A stretch of 63,963 bases of DNA, filler included, from Folioceros fuciformis (GCA_049999805.1; 9 parts of 9 records of this genome joined end to end with filler, not necessarily neighbours in it), one strand, 5' to 3'; positions 1 through 12,639 are shown, counted from the first letter of the whole stretch. Notes: generated by a model not told the origin, from the letters alone. Translations and numbers: made by a program.

Positions 1-978
1 CTTCACAGCTGCTTGACCTGCATTGTTAGCTGGCCTCTCCTTCGGCGCATGTGGCTGCTTGCCATGTCCTGAGGACTGTGCTTGCTCCCGGTACTGGTAC
101 CTTGGAACAAATCTGGAATTCCCGTGTCCTCCAGACCCGTGCTGCGAGGAGCCCTTCACGACTCCGTGATTTTCCAAGTAAGCCTGGCTTACTGCATCTC
201 CTTTGAGCACCTTCTCAGCAATTTGGTAGGCGTCTATCAACTGATATCTTTCTCCCATCGCTCCATGCAGCGAGTCCATTACCTTCCTTCTTTGTCTGGC
301 AGGCAATGCTGCCATGAAGATCTCGGCAGCCTCCCTCATCGTCTTCACTCCCGTGTCTTCCACCAGAACCTTCAGTCTGAGGTAAGATGCACGCAATGTC
401 TCGTTAGGCCTGAAAGAAAACCTCGACAGTTCCTGGATCTTTTCAAGCGAAGCTGTAGGAAACATGGTGGTTAACTTGGCGAACATCAAGTCCACCAGAT
501 GCTCGAGCTTGTCCTCGTCAGTAGGGGGTGCAGTCGAACCAGCCCTCTTGGCCGCCTCGTGCACCGCTTCTCTTCTCTCGGCCACCTTCAGGATCCCAGC
601 CTTCTCATCTCTGTAATACATTAGAGCCTCACCCGCAAGGTAGGATGACATCTTCATGAACGCCATCCTCTGAGTGAACTCGTCCTTGTATTTCATCTTG
701 TTTTCCGCCATTGCCCAACGAAACTTCTCCTCGAAATCTGCAAGAGACATGCTTCCATGTTTTCCTGTGAAGACATCGTTCTTACTTGGTGTGAACTCAA
801 GCTCCATTCTTGCAGACTCTCCGCTCCAATCGCCAAACTGTCTCCTTGTGACTGGCGCGTTGTCTCTGTATTGTTCCGGTGTCCTCTTGAATGGCGAGTA
901 GTAGCCGTCGTGCACTTCTCCGACTGAAGACGGCGCAGGTGTCCTTTCGTCAGTCCACCCTGATCTCAGGAACACCAT
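1..978 (-). mobile_element. Retrotransposon gag-like ORF, open off the left edge (MVFLRSGW...MELEFTPSKNDVFTG...)
   Basis: Manual translation from the ATG at 978 is open to base 1. Gag capsid-like pattern FTG...DFEEKF...YLAGEALMYY...FRPNETLRASYLRL followed by a G/S/Q-rich tail. Missing from the ORF track because no stop falls in the window. Confidence 0.7.
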
Positions 979-1202
979 CAATGGTTACTTCTCCTATGCC
1001 TGACCACTGCACGGATGTTGTCAAAGGGCAAATTGTTTCCACCGTTAGCCCAATCAGCTAGCCAGAAAAGTACATCCACTGCCTCTATCCACAAACGACT
1101 CCAGACGTATGCAGGCTCTTCTCCCGACAGCTCTGCTAACTCAGCAATCGTGAGACTACCACACCTAAGCCGTGTATAATCAATGGCAGAATTCCTGTCC
1201 AT
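978..1202 (-). CDS. 74-aa ORF upstream of gag, TGATG overlap at both ends; unknown function
   Basis: MDRNSAIDYTRL...YVWSRLWIEAVDVLFWLADW; a decayed homolog at 58602-58825 reads YVWERLWIETIDTLFWLVDW. Confidence 0.55.
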   Translation of the reverse strand: MDRNSAIDYTRLRCGSLTIAELAELSGEEPAYVWSRLWIEAVDVLFWLADWANGGNNLPFDNIRAVVRHRRSNH

Positions 1203-1827
1203 CAGAAAAACATCAGCCTATCTCTTAGTGCTGCCTCTGNNNNNNNNNNNNNNNNNNNNNNNNNNNNNNNNNNNNNNNNNNNNNNNNNNNNNNNNNNNNN
1301 NNNNNNNNNNNNNNNNNNNNNNNNNNNNNNNNNNNNNNNGGTGAAATCAAGCTGGAAAATTCTCCCAACCTGGCAATGCAACGAACCACAAGAACCTCTA
1401 GGAGACAAAGACACAGCAGGGACGAAGTATGGCTGTCTATTGGAACAAGACAAACATCAACAATCCGAGAATCCATGGCTGGGTGCCTACATATATAGGC
1501 AAAAACCCCCAGGAGTTCTCGATGAAGTGTCCACCCGTATCGATGGTGGGCACTTTATAATCCTACTTTCCTTGATTTATGATTTTTATGTATTTTCTAA
1601 TATCTTCTAATATAAATCTGCTATCTATATATGCGGCATAGCACCGCGCCTTTCATGCACAACCATGCATATAGGTTGCATGCGCCATGACACATCACCT
1701 GCCACATGTCCACATACATCACATGTCATCCTTCATCTCCATATGCATGCATACATGGCACACATGCATATATGGCATACATGTCATGTGCAGGCCATCC
1801 ATGGGCCATGTACATGACATCATCAAG

Positions 1828-1930
1828 CACTTCAGCATCAGGGCTTATGCCCGAGATGCTCCAGTCAGTATCTAGTCATTTCAGCATTCAGGGCTTATGC
1901 CCAGGATGCTCTAGTCAGTATCCAGTCATA
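1828..1930. repeat. Two ~51-bp tandem copies (ttcagcat(t)cagggcttatgccc..gatgct..agtcagtat..agtca)
   Basis: Direct reading. Confidence 0.75.
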
Positions 1931-1936
1931 GAGTCT

Positions 1937-2631
1937 TAGGTGCTCTGTTTCCCATACAGCAATAGCAAATTCGGTGCCCCAAATAAAAGCCAACACACGT
2001 TCTTCCATTGCAGTTTCGCTCAAGAGATATGGAGTGAGGTGGGCAATTGGCTGCAAAGGATTATCCCTTGCGCCAGCCTCAGGATCACAAAACAAACTGC
2101 CCTTTTTAGGTTGGATGCAATCTCGGGCAAAGCTCTACTTCAGGCGCAGTGGTAGGGCTTTCTATGGTCTTCGTGCATTTTTCATCTTTGGGTCAATTGC
2201 TCTTCTGTGGTCTATGGAGGTAATGAGCCAGTCTCATCAAAGGCTTTGCTGTGGTGCATCTGGGAGCACTTACTAATTGCAGCTGAAAGTCTGAGGCAGA
2301 CTCATCGAAAACAGTTCAAGCGGATCGAATGGAGGTCGGCGGGTTTCCTAGTTAACCGGAATAACGAGCAATGGAACCACGTCTGTCCTTGGGGAAGGTG
2401 AACCCCCATGATCCCAGGGCGAGTTTGAGGTGGTCTTAGCAGTCCGCTAATAGTAGGGTGATGGGGAGGATTTCCCGAGCCCTGGTCAGAGAGCTGGACT
2501 CGGGGCCGGGGTGTTACCTTCCCCGAGTGGGTTACGCAGGCTATGCAAATACGTAGGCAGGGGTCCCCTTAGTATTGTAAGAGAATGACACTCTTAATCA
2601 GAATCCTTTTTTTACGTGAAAAAAAAAAAAA
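1937..2631 (+). mobile_element. 5'-truncated L1-type LINE 3' end with poly(A)
   Basis: GAPNKSQHTFFHCSFAQEIW zinc-binding motif shared with the LINEs at ~53580 and ~57530; poly(A) at 2619-2631. Confidence 0.8.
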
Positions 2632-2830
2632 CGCAGGTCAAGCGGCTTCTTCGACACGGGTGGTAGGTAGGCGTTTTGTTATTCCACATCATGACATTGT
2701 GGGATCAATAGGTAATTTTTGAGAATGATATTTGAAGGGGCTAGTACCCTTTTAGCCTTTGGCCCTACCTAGGTTGTTCCTCCAAGAGTAGATGGGACTT
2801 TCCATCTCTTTTTCAATAATAAAAAATAAT
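2632..2830 (+). mobile_element. 3' end fragment of a CRE-like non-LTR element
   Basis: Clear DNA similarity to 26828-27020 (ggtcaag.ggcttcttc.aca...gggctagtaccc...ttcaataat). Confidence 0.6.
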
Positions 2831-3337
2831 TACTTCCAAAAAGGTTTACAAAGAAATATAATTATGTCAAAGCAATTCTTAATAATTAATTTCCATGATA
2901 TTGGTCACAATTATTTTAAGTACCAAAAATAAATAAATTTATGATCTCACTTCCATCCATGACTGTCTCTCACTATAATTATGATCTTTTGATAGGGTGA
3001 CTCATCTTTGGCTCTTGACAAGCTGGATGGCGAAAATGCTAAAGGAGGCACTTCATGACTACCTAAAAGTTTAAAAAAAATATTGATAGTAAAACATAAC
3101 TAAGAGTTTTTGGAATACACATAAGTCCTCTTGGACGTTTGAATTTTGGTAGTCCATATTGTGTGGTGAATATTTGATATCCTTGGGGTCACAAGTAGAC
3201 ACGAGATACATGTCTTGATCATCATGCTCGGCTAGAATACCGCAAACGTACTACCTAGCCAATAGGATTGTATGCTTATTCACTCACTCAGGTTGCAGTA
3301 AGGAGATGGTGTTGGTCAAGTGTTGGTGGCGGAGACA

Positions 3338-6300
3338 TCACGCTTCTGCCCTTTCCCGCACTTCACAGAGTTGATCAAGAACTGAGCTAATCAGGAATTC
3401 TGTGCCAGGTTCTGCAACGGAAGGCATGCGTCAGGGCCGACTAGCTCATGCAAGGGTCTCACAGGATAGCCTAAGCGGTGTTCACCTCGGTAGCTTCCGT
3501 GTGCACATTCCTCGTCCAAATCTTCGTCTAGCACGTTTTTGTGGAGCTCGAGCAGCGTGTTAGTCAAGAGTGGTGTCACACTGGTCGGAAGCTGGAACCA
3601 AGGCTTGCTTAGCAGAGCTTGCACTATACCGATCGTCGGGCGCACGAATACCCCATCGTATTGCAGGCAAGGAATGACAAAGTTCTCAACCAGCTGAACC
3701 GTAAGAGCTTCAGTGCTTGGGAATCTGTCTGGGGAGCAACCCACCATACTTTGCACTGCAAAAACTAACCTGGCGATAGATCCAGGTTCCGCGTAAGTGT
3801 GGGCTAGGGTAGGGTGTGTTGAAGTGTTACCAATTGGACTGGACAGGAGAGTGTGCACCTCAGTTTCACATCCTGATCCAGGGTGTTCTTTATTGAAGAT
3901 GCCAGTACGTGGAACAGCCTGCAGTAACCGAGCAGAAATGATCAGACTGTGTTCCGCAGGTACATGTGTGACAGACAGTCCGGAGGAGCTGCAGCGGGGT
4001 ACGATGGGGCTTACTTAGCAAGAGTGTCAGATGTAGTTTCACTCGTCTGTTGCAGGAGCAGGCAGAAGACGTTGACCTCTAGAGACCGGTTAGCCCAAAG
4101 TTCAGGCGGTGGCAACAGAGATAACAGGTTGTCCATTGATGCGGACATCTGATGTTCAACTGATTCGTACCCTGATGAGATTGCCAACTCCAAAAGAATT
4201 TCTTGCACCTGACATTCCCCAACATTCATGTATAAGAAAAGCTCAAGCTGCTGAGCTGGTTAGGAGTAGCAGCTTCCACTTACTTCGTTTGCTGCTCTTC
4301 CACAGAAGTCGGCAGCAGCAGCAGCATTCAACAGAATCCACATGATCGAAATGGTCTCACCCTTGCATTCCTCACCCCACGCTGCGACCATTTCTCTGCT
4401 TACACCAACTACTCCTTCGATTACCTCCCTGGTTGCCATGGGCAAACACCAAGAGACAAATCTTTAATGTTTTCGATTCGCATACATTCGGAAGTCGTCG
4501 ATATCAAAACGTCTGCCTACTGCACGCCTGTGCTAAATGATAACCTTACTGCTGAATGCTTGTTACAAGCTCCCGCTCTGTAAGCACTGTGCAGATTTCT
4601 GGTATGTGTGGGGTAAGAGCAGCTCGTGGAGTGCCTTGCATTATGCTACCAAGTAAGGTGAGGGCTTGAGCAGCTTGATACAGGGGGCTGTCACCCTCAT
4701 ACTCGCCAGTTATTTGAGGCAATACAGATAGCAGATAAGCTGATGGAGCCACGAAGTAACCCACAACATTCGCACACTCTCGAATCTGCAAGTAGAGATG
4801 CCATGTTAATCTAAAATGCCATAAAATGCTCGAGCAGCTCCCCTGGGATAATGCACAGGCTATCAACTTAACTTTCTCCCAATTGCGGAATCTCTGCATG
4901 TCTTGCCGAGAATACCCAACACAGGCTGAAGGTGCTGCGTAACGGCTTCTTCGACGAAAATGAGCATTGTCAGTAGAAAGTCAGCAGCCAGGACTTTCGT
5001 GCCGCTGGTCCAAGCAAGAAGGTCGGCAGTGATGGCATGCAGCATAACTGAGAAACAGTTTCGCACCAAGATCCTGGCACCCAAACAGGGTCGTCCTGCA
5101 GCCAACTGACGCAGGTTAGGACTAGATCTGTGCATACGTTCGTTTCATCTTTTGTTGTGATTTCACAGTGAATCTGATTAAACCGTTTGGCAGCAGACTC
5201 TGCGAAGAGTTAAGAAACGGTACTGATGAAAGGTGGAGGCAAAGGCTTCCCAGCAATGCTGACGATGTTGATCGATGATTCGGGCAGGTAGTCCTTTATG
5301 TCTCGTACTTCATTCTCAAAGTCGTGTTCGTACCTGTGTCGTTTTCTTGTTGCCTTAGGAATGGGCAAGTGAGAGACTGATGGGAGGGACAGAAAGCCTC
5401 CTGTTGTTTGTCTCTTACCGCTGGCCAATGGCTTCCATGAGGGAAAAGGCTTGTTCTTGAAGCCGAGCGTTTGGATCATTGAAACCGCTTAACACATACC
5501 TGCAATGCTGAATCCCGGTTAGTGCCCTTGGAGCTCAAGACTGCACGACATGACATTGCGAGCTCATGCCTAGTCACAAACTATTGACCCTGTCTTTGTT
5601 GCTGAGAAAGCGGTACAAGCAGCGAGACTTACGGCAACAGTCGAACCTCATGCTCCTTTCGCTGTTCAAGATCAAGAAGCCAGCAAGATACCGTTGCCAT
5701 CAGCTCCTCTCTCACGCCAGCGTTTCTGTCCGCAGCAAGGAGTGCTAGATATTGTGTCTGCAACTCAAAAATCACCACATTTGAAGTCCTGCTCCAGCGT
5801 GCAAAGAGCACAGATACTCTCTAGTGATGCGGTGTACCTTACTTTGGTATCTGGATGGTAGAATGATCTAATGGGAATGAGATTTGGATCACGAAATGCA
5901 GTCAGGTCATATATACTCTCATGCGCACCACAAAGCACCAACCTGCGTACAGCACATCAGTAACAACGAGTTGCACAAATTGCAGCCAAGATCCAGTGGT
6001 TTGACTTACCTGCGAATCGCCCTAAGTGCAGCCACTCTCACATGGTAATGACTATGCGCTAAGGAGGGGATAATTGACGTCACAAGCTGCTTTGCAACTG
6101 GCTTCAGCATGTCCCCCATGGTCTCCCCAAGCAGCTGAAGTGCTGCAAATGTTGCCTGCATGGCAGATCACATTCTGCCACCATCTCTTACCATGACCTG
6201 AACATCAGGCTGGCAGAATGTTCTATTGCTGGTACACTTCGAAACAAAATGTGGGACCAGGACGGCAGCTCAGCAACCACATTAAAAGGATGCAAAGCAT

Positions 6301-7534
6301 GGTTACCTTCAAAACCTCTGGATGTGAATCTGTTGCAGCAGCCATAAGTATGGATGAAACATCCGATGCAAAGGGGTGGAACAATGTTGGAGCTTGCTTT
6401 AGCATTCCATGAATCAATTGGACTAATGACAGGCGTGATTCTTCACACAATTCCACATTCACTCCCCGCAACTCAACCTGGTACTCACAAGACCCACGAC
6501 GCACAATGCTCAAGTGAGACGGTGTCGATATGGTGAAGAGACAAACATTGGACCCAACAATCATGAACCTTAGGAGTTGACGATCGACTGTCAGGCTTGG
6601 CGAACTCCTTCAACGGCAGGCGCTCCGAAACAACCGGCAGGATGTATGGTAGCAAAGCTATGACAGACTGGGGAACAACCTGCAAAAGGCTGTGACAGAA
6701 GAGTCCAATCAACAAGGTCATGGGAGAAGCTTCACTGTCGTCACACGGTGAACAACTCGAACTCTGCACTCACACTGTATGAGGACATGAAGATAAGAGG
6801 ACCTACTCTTGAACGATAGCGATGGATAGATGTCGACACTTCTCAGTTTCATCCCCAAATCGTCTAAGTAGAGCAGTGATCACCAGCTCCTCCACAGCCC
6901 ATGCCAGCTCACTTCTTTCCAACCCAGGTACGTTCTGCTTTTCCAGCCACGCGTCTTGTACAATGGCACAGCCTGTGAAGTCTGTGAAGCTGTGAAAACG
7001 GTGCCCCTCCTCCAAGTTCTTAGAAAACAGGATGTGGCGCAGCTCGATCAAAGCTCCGTATCGAACATCAGCGGCCTCATCACTGAGCTCGTAAATGACC
7101 CTGAACAGAGCTTCCCTCTGCTTAGCTTCCAGCAGCTCCTTTTCACTAGGAGACAAGCTTGCAGACGGCATTCCGCCATCATCACCTTTCGAAACGTGCC
7201 TTCCACAACTCTCGCTCGAATCTAGACTCCTATCTGAGGTCTTGATTTCGCTCACGAACTGTGCAACAGGACCTTTAGAGGCATCACCGCTGTGCTCCTC
7301 ATTTCCCTCCAGATATGCCGTGTCGTAACCGCGAACAAGGCCCGTGTCTACGATCACGCCGGGGTATGGGCAAAACTTGGTGCTTTCAGAGGATTTTGGG
7401 GCCTTCTTGGGCTCCTTGGAGCAAAACTCGTTCCAGTTTGTGCGCACGCTTCCTGCAGGCATCTTTGCGGTAACCAGCTTAGTCTCCTTCAGCGTCTTCC
7501 AGATCTGCTCAACGGGATCTCTTTCAGCCTCCAT
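3338..7534 (-). CDS. DNAAF5: Dynein axonemal assembly factor 5 (HEATR2), multi-exon HEAT-repeat protein
   Basis: Exons encode RPCLGARILVRNCFSVMLHAITADLLAWTSGTKVLAADFLLTMLIFVEEAVTQHLQPVL and LAADRNAGVREELMATVSCWLLDL, matching the DNAAF5 pattern. Short GT-AG introns; ATG at 7534; stop at 3338 inferred by manual splicing. Confidence 0.85.
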
Positions 7535-7793
7535 TGCGTTCTGCTCTCCACTCGTCCTTGCTTGCTTCTCATCTTCCTCCCGGCTCTGGGCAGACCTAAC
7601 TGGTTTGGTTTCCGACCGCGATGAAAGGTAAACCGCGCCCTCTGGTTAATGAAACTTGGGGGTGCAGTTAGCGGTGCATGCTTGTCTCTTCACCATCCAC
7701 GGGGCACTTGGCGTTCATGCTCCTGCTAATTCTGATGCTGATGTCAGGACGAGCCTTGTTGAGACGTTGCAGGCTGAGAGAGAGGAAGGAAAG

Positions 7794-9203
7794 ATGGTGC
7801 CAGAATTGAAGCTGAAAGAGGGTATCTCTGACAAGGAGGAGGTCCTGGAACATGATGTACCTCCTTACCAGACAGCCTGGGTCTACAGGCAATACGGCCC
7901 CAAGGAAAACCTGAGCGTGGAGTTGATCAAAGTCCCCAGGTTGCGAGGTGACCAAGTGCTTGTGAAGGTGAAGGCTGCTGCAATCTGTCCTCTTGACGTG
8001 AAGCGGAGGGAAGGACTGTACAGGAGGCTCGATTCCAAGCTTCCGGTGTGCATTTCCTTTTCTTCCAGTGTCCAGACCTTTCTTTCAGTCCTGCGTCGTT
8101 TGGTCAGGCATCATCTAACATTGTTGCTGATGAGATTAGCATGTGCCAGGGTACGACGTCGCGGGAGTAGTGGTGAAATGTGGCAACAAGTTCCCCATTT
8201 ACCCCGTGGGTTCCGAAGTGTATGGGTGCGTCCATCCAAGGGCTATGTACTCCCCAAATCGGCTTGGATCCCTCGCGCAGTTTGTGGCTGTAGAAGAAAG
8301 GCTGCTGTGGTGGAAACCCAAGAAGCTAAGTTTCATTGAAGCAGCTGGAATGCCTCTAGCGATGCAAACGGCTCAAGGAGCTCTGGAAGCCGCCCACTTT
8401 CTGTCGGGACAGCGGGTTCTTGTTTTGGGAGGGGCAGGAGGAGTTGGTACGATGGCTGTCCAGGTACGTCGGGGTGCCCTTCATGGTTTGTGATGCGTGC
8501 ACCACTTGCTCCTCACATGAAGGCTTGCTTGGACCAGGACAGATTGCGAAAGTCATGTACGGAGCAGCAAGGGTTGCTGCGACGACTAGTCCTAAGAAGA
8601 TGGAATTCCTGAAAAGCATTGGTTGTGACTACGTGGTTGATTACACCAAATGGAACTACGTGGACATGCCTCACAGATACGATCTGGTGGTGGATACACT
8701 CGGTTAGCAATTTCTTGCATCTTGCTCTGACATACCTACAATGGTGAAGTTCCCATGAGCAAGCAGCATTTGTGATGAGCAGAATCGGTATGATGTGTCG
8801 ACAAGCAAGCACATCTGAGCAAGGTGACCACATTCATGTGTTAGTAGTTCCTTCACAAGGCGGCTCAAAAAACTCGAGTGCTGACTCGTCGTTATGCTGC
8901 TGCTGACAAACAGGCGACTCTAAGGAGGCCCTCAGAGTGATAAAACCATTTGGAAGCGTGGTGCAACTAGGGGAAGAAACCAAGAGCGCAACTCGACCAA
9001 CCTTCCGGTTTGTGGTCGACTCCAGGGGAGCAACATTGGGACGCCTCCAGCCCCTCATAGATAATGGCAAAATTAAGCCTATAGTGGATCCAGCAGGCCC
9101 CTTCAAATTTTCTGAAGTTGTTGAAGCATTTGCACACTTAGAAAGCAAGAAGGCAGTTGGCAAGGTTGTGATTGTGATTGATACAGAGAATACAACATTT
9201 TGA
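7794..9203 (+). CDS. MDR-family NADPH alkenal/one (quinone) oxidoreductase, 4 exons
   Basis: AWVYRQYG, VLVKVKAAAICPLDVKR, PGYDVAGVV, GGAGGVGTMAVQ nucleotide-binding motif, VDPAGPFKFSEVVEAFAHLESKKAVGKVV. Introns near 8047, 8464 and 8703. Confidence 0.9.
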
Positions 9204-9835
9204 TCACCGTCCGCTTCGACACACATTCCATCGGCTTTTCCAGATGGCAATGCAGACAGACAGCAGCGACAAAGTGACTTGCAGTGGTGTACATACATAG
9301 CTGACAACAATTATGGTGTCACGATTGACACCAGCTTGGACTCCCCCGAAGGTGGCGTAATGATTAATTTTGATTATTTGAGTACATCCTGCACGCTCAG
9401 AAAATAGCGATGGTACATCATACGGGCTAAAGAGCTTCGCAAAGGCTCCAGCACTTTCCCACGCGGCCACGAAGATTCCGGATGGACACAGGCCATGAAA
9501 GCAGCTTGTTAGCCTTGCTACAACTTGCTCGCGCGAGGAGTAACAGGCGCTTTCCTGTCCCAGAGATTTCTCGACACCACATAGCTGGCTTCCATCGGAC
9601 TGAGTGCTCGCTGTCGTGGAGACATTCAAGCCGTACGATAATCCCGCACAGTGACGTTCAAGTCGGACGATCAGCTCTGTGCGGGCCACCGGTGACCTTG
9701 TAGGGATTCTCACGGTGCTGCTGGGCCCCGTATTGAAAGGATACACTGCAAGTTCAAGCACATGTTTCTGAAAGGACGACGAAGTGATGTGCTTGATTGG
9801 TTGGAACTTGCACAGATACATTTGCCACAAACTCG

Positions 9836-10539
9836 CTAGCTGGCTTGCCCCACCATACCTCGAGGACCTCATCAGTCCGGAATCTCTGCGTGCAAGTTGT
9901 TTTCTTCCATTGGGGTAGTGATTTCATGCTCATACGCCAGAGGACCTGTGTATGACGCCAGACGGTATGCGATCATCGCTTCATTATCCACGCAATATCG
10001 GTCGTCGGTTGCGAAGAGGCCGCCACCCAACCATCAAACATGAACTACATCATCTGCTGCAGCCGCATGTTGCATCCGACCCCACCTATCAGGACATCCT
10101 GATTATCGGTGTGCGAAAAACATAGGTCTCTTGAAGAAGACTCATGGCAGTTGGTTTTTTTAGTGGCAGCATCTCCAATGAAGCTCAGGATGCTATCGCA
10201 AGACACATCCCTGCCCTTCAATAACTCAACGTCTTACATACAACAATTCAGTAAAATCCTTCCCATGCTTGGCTAGCTGTTGTCACTTGCCAGACGTAAC
10301 ATTCATGAAGTGAGCAAAACAAGCATACGAACAACCAAAGACGAAAAGATAAGCTCAAGTATCGACAGAGATTGCATGCCGCAGTCAGGATTAGGATCGT
10401 CTGAAATTTCCAGCACGCCAGCACGCTGGCAAACCGGTCCAAACAGTTTCCCACGGCGATGTCTACAATTTCTCCCAAAGTCCTGTACCTGCCGAATGCC
10501 GATCTTGTTTGCGGAACCTTCAAACCCCACTGCCATCAT
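9836..10539 (-). pseudogene. KAE1/OSGEP (t6A threonylcarbamoyltransferase) pseudogene
   Basis: GFEGSANKIG, GRYRTLGEIVDIAVGNCLDRFA, KGRDVS..ILSFI, GGVGCNMRLQQMM, FATDDRYCVDN, TQRFRTDEV. Contains stops, frameshifts and a large internal deletion. Confidence 0.85.
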
Positions 10540-10619
10540 GGCCAACAAGAAAGCTCCAGCTCCTAGTCCCTGCAAGGCTCGTTTTTCAATTTGGTCCACT
10601 CCACCCATGTAAACACGTC

Positions 10620-10719
10620 NNNNNNNNNNNNNNNNNNNNNNNNNNNNNNNNNNNNNNNNNNNNTTAATTAATTAANNNNNNNNNNNNNNNNNNNNNNNNN
10701 NNNNNNNNNNNNNNNNNNN
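10620..10719. other. Artificial scaffold linker (N run + TTAATTAATTAA). Also at 25969-26068, 30066-30165, 38827-38926, 45643-45742, 55133-55232, 60930-61029, 62718-62817
   Basis: The same 100-nt spacer, with stops in all six frames, occurs eight times. Confidence 0.97.
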
Positions 10720-11400
10720 TGCCCAAATACTGCCCTACCCAGACAAAAAGGCTCCTTTGCAACGAGATTCTATACCTTCTTTCAAAAAGGAGATCCCAAT
10801 GCTAATGAATGCTGCACAAAGCCATGATGGTCACCTCGAAGGCCAAAGCCACTCGCTCAAGATAGAGGGCTCGGGTGTACTCCCTGGCACGACCAAGCAA
10901 AAGGGTTTTCTTGAGATATGCCTTGGCGGGGTCTGGATGGACTCTATCCATCTTGGTAGAATCCAATCGAAACCTAGCGATGCAACTAGACTCCGCATGA
11001 AGGCCTTGGTAGTCTCCAAAATGAAAACGACAAAGACAAGAAACCATCTCACGATGGTATGAGACATGCCCCTCTTCCTCGACCATCGAAGATAATTCCT
11101 AGGAAGGAAAAGGAACAAAGCCCAAGCAACCTCATCGTGGGGATCCAGTACTAGTTGCTCGAAAGAAAAATGATAAGCTAAGCAAACATTGTCATAACGG
11201 ATTTGGGGGAGATGTTGGAAGAGATGTGGTCTTGGGAAACACACGTCAAATAATGCCATGAGGTGACCAAATTGAGGCATCAACCATTGCTAAGACTCCA
11301 AAGAAGAGGAATGAAGGTTATCTATACCTGCAACCCTAGAGACCACCAAAGAAGAAGAATCTTATCGAAGTTCACTAGTACACTTCCGGGGTATTTGTTA
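10720..11400 (-). mobile_element. CRE-like non-LTR retrotransposon, N-terminal region, decayed
   Basis: FPRPHLFQHLP...AWALFLFLPRNYLRWSR is homologous to 54900-55132 (FPCPCLFRRLP...AWILFLFLPKWCLRRSRGG). Confidence 0.6.
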
Positions 11401-12561
11401 CACTTTTGTAACAATTTATTACACGTTGTAACAATTTTTTTTGGGAATTTCGTTTGGGGCTTGTAACATTCTCTATTACACTATGTTGTACTTTGGATGT
11501 GGAAAGTGTTACATAGCGCAACAAAAAGTGTGACATAGTATTACCACCAAAGCGTTATTAAGTGTAACAAACATGTTTTTAACACTTTTTGTTACACATT
11601 TTGAGGTATGGTTCCAAGCTTGGTAACCCCCTCTTATCTTGGGTTAAAGTCTCTATCCTTTATTTAATGCAGTTGTGATTTTAAAAATATTCTTTCCCTT
11701 GTAGATATCTATTTGGATGTCTAATTCAGCATGTTGTCCTCTCGTCACAAGAGGATCAGGAAGATCCATGGGTGGTCGAGAGCTCTATGACCCAAGTCCA
11801 GGATTGGTGTGGCTTGATGTGTATGAGAATCAACTTGCACAGGCCATAGCCCCCTAACAATCATGGCCAGAAACCCGCGCATGAGCCAAACGGGTGGGTC
11901 CCACCACGGTGATGGAATCCACTACCGCAGTTGCGAAACTCCCGACGATGGCAGAGCTAGGTACGATGGTGGCGGACTTAGGCATAGTGGTGGAGTACGT
12001 CTAGGTAGGAACTGATTGTAGGAAGTCTAGAAGTCATAGATTTGGAACAACTTAACACAAACCATTCCCTTGGAATTGAAACCTAAGACTACAACAACGT
12101 AGAGGGTGAATGTGGGCCTCATGGTATCCCTAGACACAAAATTTCACTCCACTGCTGTAAAAAAAATTTCAAGATATACAACACAAAATCCTAGAACATT
12201 AAAATAATTTAAAATCATGCCTTCTCACTTTATTTTTTGAAATTAGTTCCATTTGGAGAATGTGTTCAAAACACTAGTGAAAATACTTAAATCCCCCGTA
12301 CTAAAAAAGGGTTTACAACAAAAGTAAATGCACTAGAACCTAGTGGTTTTAGTGGGGCTTAAGTCGTTACCTACTCTTGCCTCATGCACACAAAAGAATG
12401 TTGAATGATGGGTTTATGGAATTTGGGTGAAAAAGAAATGAGAAATCCCATCTACCCAAAAGATGAGGAAGAACACTTTCAAGAGGGCTAAAGCCCAAAA
12501 GAGGGAACTAGCCTATAAAATAAGGTATATTTCCATGTTCATGTGTTCATTGAAATATGTT

Positions 12562-12592
<31 letters not shown>

Positions 12593-12639
12593 TTCTCTTT
12601 GTTATTTTCTTTGCCGTCAATATCAATATGGTATCCCTC

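Noticed and set aside
9204-9872. 222-aa minus-strand ORF
   Set aside because: No recognisable motif; starts out of frame within the KAE1 pseudogene tail.
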